A DNA stretch of 64,000 nucleotides from an uncultured Verrucomicrobiae bacterium (GTDB lineage Bacteria > Verrucomicrobiota > Verrucomicrobiia > Limisphaerales > Palsa-1400), in NCBI GenBank assembly GCA_963707025.1, contig CAVPOM010000007.1, forward strand, positions 416,001 through 480,000, in the 5' to 3' direction. Numbering within the stretch: position 1 is the first letter of the stretch; each line of letters starts with the position of its first letter. Below the pieces are notes generated by a model. That model had not been told where the DNA came from. It was given only the letters and a program-made list of their open reading frames with translations, and did no database searches. The position numbers were made by a program, and so were the translations under genes. Shown piece after piece: positions 18,857 to 29,167 of the stretch.

Positions 18857-21800
18857 ATGAAGGCACTGCGAATTATGTTATTGTTGACGGTTTTCAAGAG
18901 AACAATTCCGCTGGCCTTGCTGGCGCTGGCGGCGGCGCTGTCCCAGACGGCGCGCGGGCAGGCGACCTTTACGGACATCTTCCCCGCGGCCTCGCCGCCG
19001 AAGCCGGGGCCCAACGACATTTACCAAACCAACATCCTGGACGAAAACGCCATAAGCCGCACCTTCAATTATTACACCGACAACACCGCCCAGCCTGGCG
19101 GGACAACCTTTGTCACAGGGAACAACCCGACCGGATACCTGGTGACCAATGTGTTTGTGCAATGCCTGGCAACCGGTTTCGGCAACAACGGCACCGTCTC
19201 CGGTCCGCCCACCGCGACGCAGGCCTATCAGATCAGCTTTTATCAGATCGCAGGCACGAGCGATCCGAGCGGATTGGGGAGCCATGCGACGTTAATCAGC
19301 CAGATTATCACCGCTCCCGGGACGGTGACCACGGTGGGCGACTGGTTGAGTTTCAGCAACATCCTGGTGTTGTTAAGCCCCCATACGACCAATGCGTTTA
19401 CCTGGGGACGGCTTTCCACCGGGACCGGGTATATGGGGATGCCGCTGGTGACGAACAATATTGGCAATGGACCGGCCACATGGCCCGGCCCGTTTGCCGG
19501 GGGCCTGCCGTGCCTGATTACGCCCGGGGGCGGGAGTGGTTCGGGTCACCTATGGCGTTGGGATAACCTCCAACGGCGTCCCTATAACCAACTACGACAC
19601 GGTTTTCTCGCTCGGAATCATCACCAACTTTATCCCGGCCACAATCACGGCGAGCAACGCGTTTCCCGCGGACCATTTGCTGGCGGGCAACACGGCGACG
19701 TTTACGGCCAGCGGCACGGGCACCCCGCCGTGCAGTGGCTATTGGCAGAAGAACACCGCAGCGGCTGGATCACCCTGACCAACGGGGGCCATATTTCCGG
19801 CGCAGGCACGGTTGCCTCGGGATCCACCCAAGTGGGCACATTGGCGGTTGCCAACGTCGGCGCGGCCGATGCCGGTTCCTACCATCTGGTTATCACCAAT
19901 TCAGAGAATGGGGGCGTCAGCCTCAATGCGGCGACGAGCGCCGTGGTCACGCTGTCGCTGGTTTCCGCGCCACCGGCGAACAGCTTCGCCGCAGTGGCCC
20001 TCACGGCCGAATACGGAGTGGTGGCGTTTTGGCCCCTCAACGAGACCAACGATCCTTCCACCGGAACGGCCGAGGCTTACGATATTGTGAGGGCGTTTAA
20101 TGGCTATTACGGCACGAACGCCGACAATGGCGGCGGCAACGCCATGGACGCGCTGGCTCCGGCGGCCGGCCCGCAACCGCCGGGCTGCACCGGATTTCCC
20201 GCTGGCAACGGGGCCTTGGGATCGGTGCAGGGCAGCCTGACCAATACGTTCGTGACCACGCGAGCCACCCCGACCTTCCCAATGAACAACACCAACGTGA
20301 CTCTGGTGGGATGGATTTATCCCAATTTAGGCGCGGAAAATGCGGCCACCGGGCTGGCCGTCATGCGCGCGGGCACAGCCGGAGCCACCCGAACCGATGG
20401 TTTGGCCTACGGAACTTCGGACCAATTGAGCTACATCTGGGATAACAACAGTTCGGCCACCTGGGGGTTCGGTTCCGGTCTGACCATCCCCGGCAGCGTT
20501 TGGTCCATGCTGGCCCTGGTGATAACCCCGAGCAACTCGGTGATGTATGTTGGCAGCGCCGGCGGCTTAAGCTCGGCAACGCAAAGCATTGTCAACAGCA
20601 ATGAGCCTTGGGGCGGCGGCCTGGTCATTGGCGGCGATCCGGGTAACAGCCCGACCCTGCGCTCCTTTGGCGGCCAGATTTCTTCAGTGGTGATGTTCAG
20701 CAACTCGCTCTCCGCCACGCAGATTGGAACACTTTACGCGGCCGGTTTGGCGCAGGACAACCTGCCGCCGGTCATTACCGGGCAGCCTTCGTCCACGGCG
20801 GTCTATGCCCGCCAAAACGCGCAATTCACGGCCACGGCCACCGGCATCGGCCCGCTGACTTACCAATGGCAGGCGAACACGGGCACGAGCTGGGTCAACC
20901 TTCAAAACGGAAATGGCATCTCCGGCGCAACCACGAACACGCTGGTGATCAGCAATGCGACGGCGGGGAACGCCGCATCGTATCAAGTGATCGTGAGCGA
21001 CTTTTTGGGTTCAGTCACCAACACGACGCCGGTGACGCTGAGTGTTTCGCTGGCGCCGTTGACGGTTACGGCGGCCAACGCGGTCCGTGCTTATGGCCAG
21101 ACCAACCCGGTGTTTACGGGCACCATCACCGGGTTGATCAACGGCGACAATATCACGGCTGCATACAATTGCGGCGCAACTTCCAGCAGCCCGGTGGGAA
21201 CCTATTCCATCGAGCCGAGCCTGGTGGACCCGACCGACCTTGAGACTAACTACACGGTCAGTTTGGTTGAAGGCACCCTGACAGTGACACTGACGCCGGA
21301 GATCATTACGTGGACCAACCCCGCTCCCATCCTGTACGGCGCCGCGCTCACCAGCAACCAGTTGAACGCCACGGCGAACGTCCCCGGAAGCTTTGCCTAC
21401 GCCCCAACCAACGGGACGGTGCTCAACATCGGCACCAATACCCTTTTCGTCATCTTTACCCCAACCGACCCGGTTGATTATACCAGTTTGGCCGACAGTG
21501 TGACTTTGGTGGTGGAACCCGCGCCGTTGACCGCGGCTACGGCGCGAGAACGCGAATTGCTGGATGCGGGCTGGCGTTTTGAGTTGGGCGACCCGGTGGA
21601 TGTCACCACCAACGTCACCTACTATCCTGAGATCTCCGATTTGGCCAAGCTGGAAAGCGGCGAAATAGGCGCCGGGACGGACACCGAGAGCTACATGGAG
21701 TCCATCCGGATAGATATCATGGCCACGCATGCGGGGGAGAATGTGTCATTTGTCCAGACGAATTACGACGACAGTGGATGGCGGCAGCTCAACCTGCCGC

Positions 21801-24800
21801 ATGATTGGGCCGATGAATTGCCTTTTAATTCCAGCGCGGATGGAGGGCATGGTTACAAACCGGTGGGCAACGCCGGTTTTACCACCAACAACACCGGCTG
21901 GTACCGGCGCTCGTTTGTCATGCCGGAGAATTATGCCGGGCAGACGTTGTGGCTGGAATTTGACGGGGTGTATCGCAATTGCCTGGTGTGGTTCAATGGG
22001 CACATCCTGGGACGGAATGTGAGCGGCTACTCCAGTTTTTATTTTGATGTGACCCAATACGCCAATCCGGGCGGGAGCAATGTGCTGGTGGTGCGGGTGG
22101 ATGCCAGCCGGTTTGAGGGCTGGTTTTATGAAGGGGCCGGCATTTACCGCCATGTCTGGCTGACGGCAGTCAGTCCGGTCCATGTGGCGGAATGGGGGAC
22201 TTATGTGGCGACCACGGCGCTGTCGGGTTCCAATGCGACCCTCACCATGCAAACCGATGTGACCAACCAAAGCGCGACGATGACCGCCAATGGGAGTTTG
22301 ACTTCGACGATTTTTGATGCCGGCAGCAACGCGGTGGCCAGCGTGACTTCGGCGGTGAGCGTGCCGGCAGGCCAGGACATGGTGGTGACGCAGACGGTGA
22401 CGATGACGGCCAACCTATGGTCGTTGCAAACGCCCTGCCTTTACAACCTGGTGACCACGGTGAGCAACCAGAACGCGATCGCGGATGTGTATCACACCTC
22501 CTTTGGGGTGCGGACCGTTTCGTTTGATACGAACAACGGTGTTTTCATTAATGGCCGGCATGTGGAGGTGCAAGGGATGTGCAACCATCAGGATCACGCG
22601 GGAGTGGGATCGGCGCTGCCGGACCGCTTGCAGTATTTCCGGGTCGAGAAACTAAAGGAGATGGGCGTGACCGGTTACCGCACCTCGCATAACGAGCCCA
22701 CGTCCGAATTGCTCAATGCCTGCGACCAGTTGGGCATGTTGGTGCTGGACGAAAATCGCCGCCTTGGAACCAATGCGGAGCCGCTGGGCGAGTTGAGCCG
22801 TCAAATCCGCCGCGACCGGAATCATCCTTGCGTCTTCGCCTGGTCGCTCTGCAATGAGGAGAACCTCCAAGGCACAGCCGCCGGCGCTTCAATCATCCAA
22901 GTCATGCAGAATCTGGTCCACCAAATGGATCCGACGCGTCAATGCACCGCGGCGATGAGCGGCGGTTGGGGCAGCGGTTTTTCCACGGTGCTGGATGTGC
23001 AGGGTTTCAACTATAACCTCGGAGGCATGGATGGCTTCCACTCCTCTTACCCGAACCAACCCTGCATCGGCACGGAAACGGCCAGCACCGTGACCACGCG
23101 CGGCATCTACACCAATGACACCACCGCCAGTTATTGCGCGGCTTACGATCTGCAGAACAGCGGGGTAGGCTGGGGCGAGTCGGCCGAAACGTGGTGGCCG
23201 TATTACGATTCCCGCCCGTGGTCTTCCGGCGGGTTCTGCTGGACCGGCTTTGATTATCGGGGCGAGCCGACGCCCTACGGCTGGCCGTGCATCAACTCGG
23301 ATTTTGGCATCCTGGACACCTGCGGTTTTCCGAAGGACAATTTCTACTATTACCAGGCCAATTGGACGTTCAAGCCGGTGCTGCACCTCCTGCCCCATTG
23401 GAATTGGGCCACGCCGGGACAGCCCATCAACGTCTGGGCTTACGGCACTTGTCAGGCGGTTGAATTATTCGTCAATGGCGTCAGCCAGGGACGGCAGGAT
23501 CTCAATGTCCAAGGCCACGTCGAATGGGACCATGTGCCCTATGCGCCGGGCACCCTCCAGGCCATCGGCTATAGCCAGGGTGTGGCCGTCCTGACCAACA
23601 CGGTGGCGACCACCGGGACTCCGGCAGCCATTGCGCTATGGCCGGACCGCAGCACCATCCTGGCCGACGGCCAGGACGCGTCGGTGGTGGAGGTGGCCGT
23701 CCTGGATGCGCAGGGCCGGGTCGTGCCCATCGCGACCAATCTGATCCAATTCACCCTCAGCGGCGGCGGCGCCATCCTGGGCGTCGGCAACGGCAATCCC
23801 ACTTCCCACGACGCGGACAAGGCCAGCCAGCGCACCGTCTTCAATGGTCTGGCGGAGGTCATTATCCAATCCACCGACCAGCCTGGTGCGATCACGCTGA
23901 GCGCGACTGGAACGGGATTGACCCCGACCAATATCACCCTCACGGAGGCAGCCACCCTGCCGCCCCCGGCCGCTCCGACGGGAGTGGCCGCCGTCGGAGG
24001 AAGCGCGCAGGCGACGGTCAGTTGGGACATCGTGCCGGGGGCGACCACCTACAACCTGTGGCGGGCCACGACCAGCGGAGGTCCCTATGCCTTGATCGCC
24101 GGGAACATCGGGGGCGTGAATCTGGGTTACGAGGACAACAACGTCACCAATTTGATGACCTATTATTATGTGGTCACGGCCAATGGCAACGGCGTCAGCG
24201 CCAATTCGGCGGAAGTCAGTGTCACTCCGGCCGCGTTTGTCACCGGGCTGACGGCGGCCGCCGGCAACGGGCAGATTGTGTTGATTTGGAACGGCTCGCC
24301 CGGCACCGGCTACAACGTGAAACGATCCGCCGTGAGCGGGGGTCCCTACACTATCATCGCTCCGGCGGTAACCAGCACCAATTACACCGACGCCAACGTG
24401 GAAACGTGCCAGGCTTACTACTACGTGATCACGATGACCAATGCCGGAAACGAAAGTTTGCCCTCGGCCGAGGCCAGCGCTTCCTTGCCCGGCGGGGCTG
24501 CGCCCGCACCCTGGCTGAACGCGGACATCGGAACGGTCGGGCTGGCGGGCAGCGCTTCGTACTGCAGCGGCCAATTCACCGTCTCCGGCTCCGGCGCGGA
24601 CATCTGGGGCGCCGCCGACGCGTTTCAATTTGTTTATGTTTATGTCCCGGTCAGCACCAATTGCGATCTTCGCGCCCATGTGGACAGCATTGTGAACACC
24701 AGCGCCAATGCCAAGGCGGCCGTGATGATCCGTGAAACGCTGGACCCGGGTTCGCGTCATGCGCTGGCCGACGTGGAGCCGGGCGCGGGCATCGAGTTCA

Positions 24801-25603
24801 TTTGGCGAACCAACACCGCGGCCGCCGCCGCCTCCAGCGTGGTCGGCGGGTTGACGGCGCCCAACTGGGTGCGGCTGACGCGCACGAACAACAACTTCAC
24901 CGCCTATTATTCCAGCGACGGCAACACTTGGACGCAGATTGGCTCCAATGTCGTCATCCCCAACATGGCAGTCAGCGCTTATGCCGGCCTGGCCGTCTGC
25001 GCGCACGACAACACCGTGCTTACCACCGCGGTGCTCGACCAGGTCAGCGCGAGTTTCCTCCCGGCCAACACCGGGCCAACCCTGGCGCCGATCGCCAACC
25101 AGACCGTCAACGTGGGCCAGGCCGTGGCGCTCACGGCCGTTGCCACCGACACAAATTCCCTGCCGCCGACACTGGCCTTCAGTCTGCTCAGCGCGCCGGC
25201 CGGGGCCACGCTGACGCAAATCAACAACAGCAACGCCGCCTTCAGTTGGCGGCCGGCGGTGAGCGAGGCCAACACCACCAATGCGATTGCGCTCAAGGTG
25301 GCGGACAATTACTCACCCAGCCTGAGCGCCCTGCAGAACTTTACCATCACGGTCAATCCTCTGGCGTTGCCGGGCTTGCCGTGGGCGGGCTGGAGCAACG
25401 GCCAATTCACCCTGCTGGTGAGCAACAGGATCGCGGGGCCTGATTACGCGGTGCAATCGTCCTTTAATCTGATGAATTGGAACACGCTCTTCATCACCAA
25501 CCTGCCTGCGGCCGGCCTCTTCCAGTGGACGGATACCAACACCGCTGCCTGGCCGGCGCAATTCTTCCGGGTGAAAGTCGGCCCGCCGCTGCAATCGCCG
25601 TAA
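18857..25603 (+). CDS. Giant modular secreted GH2 beta-glycosidase (Ig, LamG-like, Ig, MBG-like, GH2, Fn3, beta-sandwich, cadherin-like). Two compensating frameshifts between 19540 and 19765.
   Basis: LPHDW, WYRR.F, LEFDGVY, WFYEGAGIYRHV, G.CNHQD, RTSHN, RDRNHP...WSL.NEE, WTGFDYRGEPTPY. PPVITGQP Ig domains and Fn3 YYYVVTA repeats. Confidence 0.9.
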   Translation: MKALRIMLLLTVFKRTIPLALLALAAALSQTARGQATFTDIFPAASPPKPGPNDIYQTNILDENAISRTFNYYTDNTAQPGGTTFVTGNNPTGYLVTNVFVQCLATGFGNNGTVSGPPTATQAYQISFYQIAGTSDPSGLGSHATLISQIITAPGTVTTVGDWLSFSNILVLLSPHTTNAFTWGRLSTGTGYMGMPLVTNNIGNGPATWPGPFAGGLPCLITPGGGSGSGHLWRWDNLQRRPYNQLRHGFLARNHHQLYPGHNHGEQRVSRGPFAGGQHGDVYGQRHGHPAVQWLLAEEHRSGWITLTNGGHISGAGTVASGSTQVGTLAVANVGAADAGSYHLVITNSENGGVSLNAATSAVVTLSLVSAPPANSFAAVALTAEYGVVAFWPLNETNDPSTGTAEAYDIVRAFNGYYGTNADNGGGNAMDALAPAAGPQPPGCTGFPAGNGALGSVQGSLTNTFVTTRATPTFPMNNTNVTLVGWIYPNLGAENAATGLAVMRAGTAGATRTDGLAYGTSDQLSYIWDNNSSATWGFGSGLTIPGSVWSMLALVITPSNSVMYVGSAGGLSSATQSIVNSNEPWGGGLVIGGDPGNSPTLRSFGGQISSVVMFSNSLSATQIGTLYAAGLAQDNLPPVITGQPSSTAVYARQNAQFTATATGIGPLTYQWQANTGTSWVNLQNGNGISGATTNTLVISNATAGNAASYQVIVSDFLGSVTNTTPVTLSVSLAPLTVTAANAVRAYGQTNPVFTGTITGLINGDNITAAYNCGATSSSPVGTYSIEPSLVDPTDLETNYTVSLVEGTLTVTLTPEIITWTNPAPILYGAALTSNQLNATANVPGSFAYAPTNGTVLNIGTNTLFVIFTPTDPVDYTSLADSVTLVVEPAPLTAATARERELLDAGWRFELGDPVDVTTNVTYYPEISDLAKLESGEIGAGTDTESYMESIRIDIMATHAGENVSFVQTNYDDSGWRQLNLPHDWADELPFNSSADGGHGYKPVGNAGFTTNNTGWYRRSFVMPENYAGQTLWLEFDGVYRNCLVWFNGHILGRNVSGYSSFYFDVTQYANPGGSNVLVVRVDASRFEGWFYEGAGIYRHVWLTAVSPVHVAEWGTYVATTALSGSNATLTMQTDVTNQSATMTANGSLTSTIFDAGSNAVASVTSAVSVPAGQDMVVTQTVTMTANLWSLQTPCLYNLVTTVSNQNAIADVYHTSFGVRTVSFDTNNGVFINGRHVEVQGMCNHQDHAGVGSALPDRLQYFRVEKLKEMGVTGYRTSHNEPTSELLNACDQLGMLVLDENRRLGTNAEPLGELSRQIRRDRNHPCVFAWSLCNEENLQGTAAGASIIQVMQNLVHQMDPTRQCTAAMSGGWGSGFSTVLDVQGFNYNLGGMDGFHSSYPNQPCIGTETASTVTTRGIYTNDTTASYCAAYDLQNSGVGWGESAETWWPYYDSRPWSSGGFCWTGFDYRGEPTPYGWPCINSDFGILDTCGFPKDNFYYYQANWTFKPVLHLLPHWNWATPGQPINVWAYGTCQAVELFVNGVSQGRQDLNVQGHVEWDHVPYAPGTLQAIGYSQGVAVLTNTVATTGTPAAIALWPDRSTILADGQDASVVEVAVLDAQGRVVPIATNLIQFTLSGGGAILGVGNGNPTSHDADKASQRTVFNGLAEVIIQSTDQPGAITLSATGTGLTPTNITLTEAATLPPPAAPTGVAAVGGSAQATVSWDIVPGATTYNLWRATTSGGPYALIAGNIGGVNLGYEDNNVTNLMTYYYVVTANGNGVSANSAEVSVTPAAFVTGLTAAAGNGQIVLIWNGSPGTGYNVKRSAVSGGPYTIIAPAVTSTNYTDANVETCQAYYYVITMTNAGNESLPSAEASASLPGGAAPAPWLNADIGTVGLAGSASYCSGQFTVSGSGADIWGAADAFQFVYVYVPVSTNCDLRAHVDSIVNTSANAKAAVMIRETLDPGSRHALADVEPGAGIEFIWRTNTAAAAASSVVGGLTAPNWVRLTRTNNNFTAYYSSDGNTWTQIGSNVVIPNMAVSAYAGLAVCAHDNTVLTTAVLDQVSASFLPANTGPTLAPIANQTVNVGQAVALTAVATDTNSLPPTLAFSLLSAPAGATLTQINNSNAAFSWRPAVSEANTTNAIALKVADNYSPSLSALQNFTITVNPLALPGLPWAGWSNGQFTLLVSNRIAGPDYAVQSSFNLMNWNTLFITNLPAAGLFQWTDTNTAAWPAQFFRVKVGPPLQSP

Positions 25604-25716
25604 GGGGCTTGTCAAGATTGCTGTAACCTTTCCGCCGCGGTTTGCGAATACAACAGGGACGGGGCGATGAAGGCCCCGCCAGAAATGACAAACCATAAGC
25701 CTATCGCCATGATTTT

Positions 25717-26757
25717 ATGAAACGTATTGCGCTGATTCTCCCGTTCTTCCTGTCGCTGCTCCACCCGGCCCTGGCCGGTTCCATTCCCAAGGAGGAAGTC
25801 TCCGCCGACGCCAAATGGCTCCTCCACCTGGAGGCCGCCCAGTTCCGCGCCAGCAAAGTCGGCAGCTACATCATCACCGAATTGTTGGAAAAGAAGTTGA
25901 GCCAGCCCGTCGAGGAACTGAAAAGGAACCTCAAGCTCGACGTTGATCTGGATAAGATTCTCGGCGGCATCAACTCGATCACCATTTACGGCACCGATTA
26001 TCAATCGCCGGCGGACCATGCGGTGTTGTTGGTCCGGACCGGTCCTGAAATGGAAAAAATCCTCGTCGGTTTCCTGGCCGGCATGGTTCTGGCAGGCACC
26101 AACGCCCCGGTGCAGGTCACGCAAACCCAGGAAGGCAGCGTGACCTTTTACGCGGTCCAGAACACCGCCTATTGCGCCGTGCTTCCGGGAAAGGTCATCG
26201 CGATTGGCCGTTCGCGCGAGGTGACAGAAAAGGCCGGCAAGGTGCTCGCCGGCAAGGCGCCGGCCCTGACTTCCGGGGCGGCCTTCGGCGGATTTGGCGA
26301 ACTGAAGGAGGCGTTCTTTTTCCTGGGTGTGGCCGAAGGCTTTAATGGCGGCAACGGACTGCCGCCGCAGGCCAAGCTCCTGCAAGTGGCCGACGCCGGC
26401 CGCGTCGTTCTGGGCGAGAATGCCGACCAGGTTTTTTTGAATCTCGCCTTGCGCGGCAAAACACCCGAGGTTGTCACGCAAATGCAAGAAGTCATGCAGG
26501 GAATCATCGCCATCGGCTCGCTCAGCCAGCCCCAGGACCAGGACGTTGCCCAATTGCTTCAGTCCATCAAGGTTTCGACCGCCGACAACATCGTCAATGT
26601 CCGCGTGGAGTACCCTGTTGAAAGAGCCATCGAGCAATTGGCCCAAGTGCGCCACAAGGTGCTGGCCATTCCAGGCGACCACTTCGACGCCGGCGAAAAA
26701 GAGACGCCGAACCTCAAGCCCCCGACCGCGCCGGCGGGGGTGCCGGGCACTAATTGA
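25717..26757 (+). CDS. Secreted hypothetical protein upstream of ECF sigma factor
   Basis: Signal peptide, 346-aa ORF, stop overlaps the sigma factor ATG. Confidence 0.75.
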   Translation: MKRIALILPFFLSLLHPALAGSIPKEEVSADAKWLLHLEAAQFRASKVGSYIITELLEKKLSQPVEELKRNLKLDVDLDKILGGINSITIYGTDYQSPADHAVLLVRTGPEMEKILVGFLAGMVLAGTNAPVQVTQTQEGSVTFYAVQNTAYCAVLPGKVIAIGRSREVTEKAGKVLAGKAPALTSGAAFGGFGELKEAFFFLGVAEGFNGGNGLPPQAKLLQVADAGRVVLGENADQVFLNLALRGKTPEVVTQMQEVMQGIIAIGSLSQPQDQDVAQLLQSIKVSTADNIVNVRVEYPVERAIEQLAQVRHKVLAIPGDHFDAGEKETPNLKPPTAPAGVPGTN

Positions 26758-27500
26758 TGGCGGAGGCTGCGATGGTTTCCGCGTGCCGCCAGCCGGGGAT
26801 GGACCAGGGCGCGACCCTGGGGCTTAAGATTTCGGGCGGGCTGGCGCGCGCGGAGACCGCCGCGGGTTCATGGCCCGCCGAGCATGTGAACGCTTCCAAC
26901 CAACCAGAAGTCAGCCCGGAGGAACTGGCCCGCCTGTCCGCGCAAGGCAGTGTGGCCTCCTTCGAGCAGATCGTCTTGCGTTTTCAGTCGCAGATTTTCA
27001 ACTTCCTTCATGTCTTTACCCGCCATCGCCAGGACGCCGAAGACTTGACCCAGGAGACTTTCTGCAAGGCCTGGCGCGGCCTGCCTCGCTACAACCCCTC
27101 CCTTTCCTTCGCGCCCTGGCTCTTTGCCATCGCCCGCCATACGGCCGCCAGCCATTTTCGCTCCGCAGAACCCTTCGACGAATTGCCGCCCGAGGCCGGC
27201 ATCGTGGAGGAAAACCCGGCCAACCTGCTCGCCAGCAAGGACGACGCCGAGGCCCTCTGGCGGCTGGCGCGCACGCTCACGCCCAAGCATTGGGAAGTTC
27301 TTTGGCTCCGTTATGGCGAGGGATTTTCCGTCGCCGAAACCGCCCGGGCGATGCGGACCAACGAAATCCATGTCAAGGTGCTCCTGCACCGCGCGCGGGC
27401 CCGCTTGGCCAAGCGCCTGGCCGCCCGCGGCTACGGTCCGGCGGCGGCGCTGAAACCTGCGGCGCCGGGAACCAAAAGCGTCCCGGCCGCGGAACCATGA
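26757..27500 (+). CDS. ECF RNA polymerase sigma factor
   Basis: Region 2 DAEDLTQETF.KAW..F..WLF.IAR. Region 4 L.LRY.EG.SV.E.A..M....VKVLLHRAR. Confidence 0.92.
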   Translation: MAEAAMVSACRQPGMDQGATLGLKISGGLARAETAAGSWPAEHVNASNQPEVSPEELARLSAQGSVASFEQIVLRFQSQIFNFLHVFTRHRQDAEDLTQETFCKAWRGLPRYNPSLSFAPWLFAIARHTAASHFRSAEPFDELPPEAGIVEENPANLLASKDDAEALWRLARTLTPKHWEVLWLRYGEGFSVAETARAMRTNEIHVKVLLHRARARLAKRLAARGYGPAAALKPAAPGTKSVPAAEP

Positions 27501-27510
27501 AAGGCCATTT

Positions 27511-28091
27511 ATGATCAAATGCCGGCACTATCGCAGAATCATTTCCCGCAGCGCGGATGAAAACACGCCGCTCCCGCCCGCCGCACAGGCCCACATCGCC
27601 GAATGCAGTGATTGCCGCCGCATGTGGCAGACGGAACACGACATCGTCCGCCGCCTCTCCGCCGGCGCCGCCGCGCAGAAACGGGCGCAGCCTCCACCTT
27701 TTCTCCACGCCAGAATCATGGCCCGAATCGCCTCCTCGCAACCCGTCGCCCGCCGCGCCTCCAAACCGTTCCTGTTCTACTGGCCCGCCGCCCTGGCCGC
27801 CGCGTTTATGGTCTTGACAACCATTCTCTTCTGGCCCGGCCCGGGCCCAAGCCGTCTCCCGGCCGAATCGCCCGCGTCCAGCCGCCGCACGCGGTGGAAA
27901 ACGCTTCTGTCAAGGACTGGTCCGACCCCGCGCTGCTGACCGGATTGGCCACGAGCCTTGACAAGCCCCTCGAAAACGAAATGCAGGCCGTCCTCCACGA
28001 CGCCCGGGGCGCGGCGACCGCGCTGGCCGACAACTTTTTTCCCGACAAACTGCGCCAGACCCTCCTCGCAGAAACGCCCTCCCGGCACTGA
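27511..28091 (+). CDS. Putative zinc-binding anti-sigma factor, frameshift near 27875
   Basis: C...H-x3-C-x2-C (HIAECSDC) then a TM helix. C-terminus PLENEMQAVLHDAR continues in another frame. Confidence 0.75.
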
Positions 28092-28140
28092 GCCGGCAGG
28101 AATTCGCGTCTGCTGCATGGGTGGCCCCTATCCTGTAATC

Positions 28141-28200
28141 TTTGGCGTGCGGCGGCTTGCCGCCACTTTCGAAAGCGGGAGCAAGCTCCCGCACTCCAAA
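28141..28200. repeat. REP-like inverted hairpin pair; partial copy at about 46180-46209
   Basis: TTTGGCGTGCGGCGGCTTGCCGCC...AAAGCGGGAGCAAGCTCCCGCACTCCAAA. CGAAAGCGGGAGCAAGCTCCCGCACTCCA recurs at 46180. Confidence 0.65.
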
Positions 28201-28256
28201 ACCGCCGGCGTGGCCGATGATCCTGCTGTCCGGCCCAGTGGCCGGCAGACCGGTGA

Positions 28257-28570
28257 TCAGTTCGTCTTCACGTTGTAGCACAGCAGAACATCCTGGTCCC
28301 GAATATAGAGCCTGCCGCCGGCGATGACAGGATGGGGCAACTGCTTTCTGTGCTGCGGCCGGGTTGATCGAATCGGCTGGCCTCGAAGTAACTCGCGGGC
28401 GTGGCTTCGATCAGGGCGAGGGCGCCTTTGCCGCCTTGGCTGCGCAGATAGAGATGACCGTCGGCACAGGTGAGAGAGCCTTTTCCCAAACCCTCGTTTC
28501 TCCAGAGGAGGCGGCCGGTCATAAACTCCTGGCAGACCCAGCCTTTGCCATCCGAGTAGCCGTAAAGTGG
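28257..28570 (-). pseudogene. C-terminal fragment of a PQQ-like/BamB beta-propeller protein
   Basis: [12 protein letters not shown]...[15 protein letters not shown] and [20 protein letters not shown] in two frames. No upstream propeller coding region. Confidence 0.7.
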
Positions 28571-28909
28571 GATTCTGTACATGTGACACATCTCAAATCT
28601 GGCTCAAGGCAAATGGGTCGCGCATCATCGCACATTCCCGCTTTCTTCCCGCAGAGCGGGTGCGGGTTGGCCAACCGGTCGCACCCATGCTCCGCCGTTT
28701 GGCAATTCAGGTCAAGGTCGTCGTCGTTTCCTGGCGCAAGAGAGGGATTACAAAATCAAGAGGCGGCCTTTTTGCGGTTTTTCCGTCTAACTCCGGGTGA
28801 ATTGCACTCAAGAGGACGCCGTGGGCACGCTTCTGCGTTGCGGAGGCGCCTGTTGGCACGGCCAACCTCGGATGGAACGGACCCCTCTCCCCGCTTTGTG
28901 GGGCGAGGG

Positions 28910-28953
28910 GATTAGATTAGGATTAAGATTAAGATTAGGATTAGGATTAAGAT
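28910..28953. repeat. Tandem GATTA(A/G) hexamer-type repeat, about 7 units
   Basis: gattagattaggattaagattaagattaggattaggattaagat. Confidence 0.85.
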
Positions 28954-29167
28954 CAGTCTTTGGGGTGGTTGACCCTCTTCCTTGGTCGGCAGAGGAGAAA
29001 AACTCGACGGCTCGACGGAGTCTCGCCCTGCCGTCTGAGCCTGTCTCCACAGGTGTGTGGAGGAGAGGGAGAAGAGAGATGGGGAAATCGTGCCGCGGCG
29101 CGGAACTTTGCCCCGGGCCTGCTGTTAATCTGTTTGACCTTTCACAACGTCCGCTCTGGATACGATT

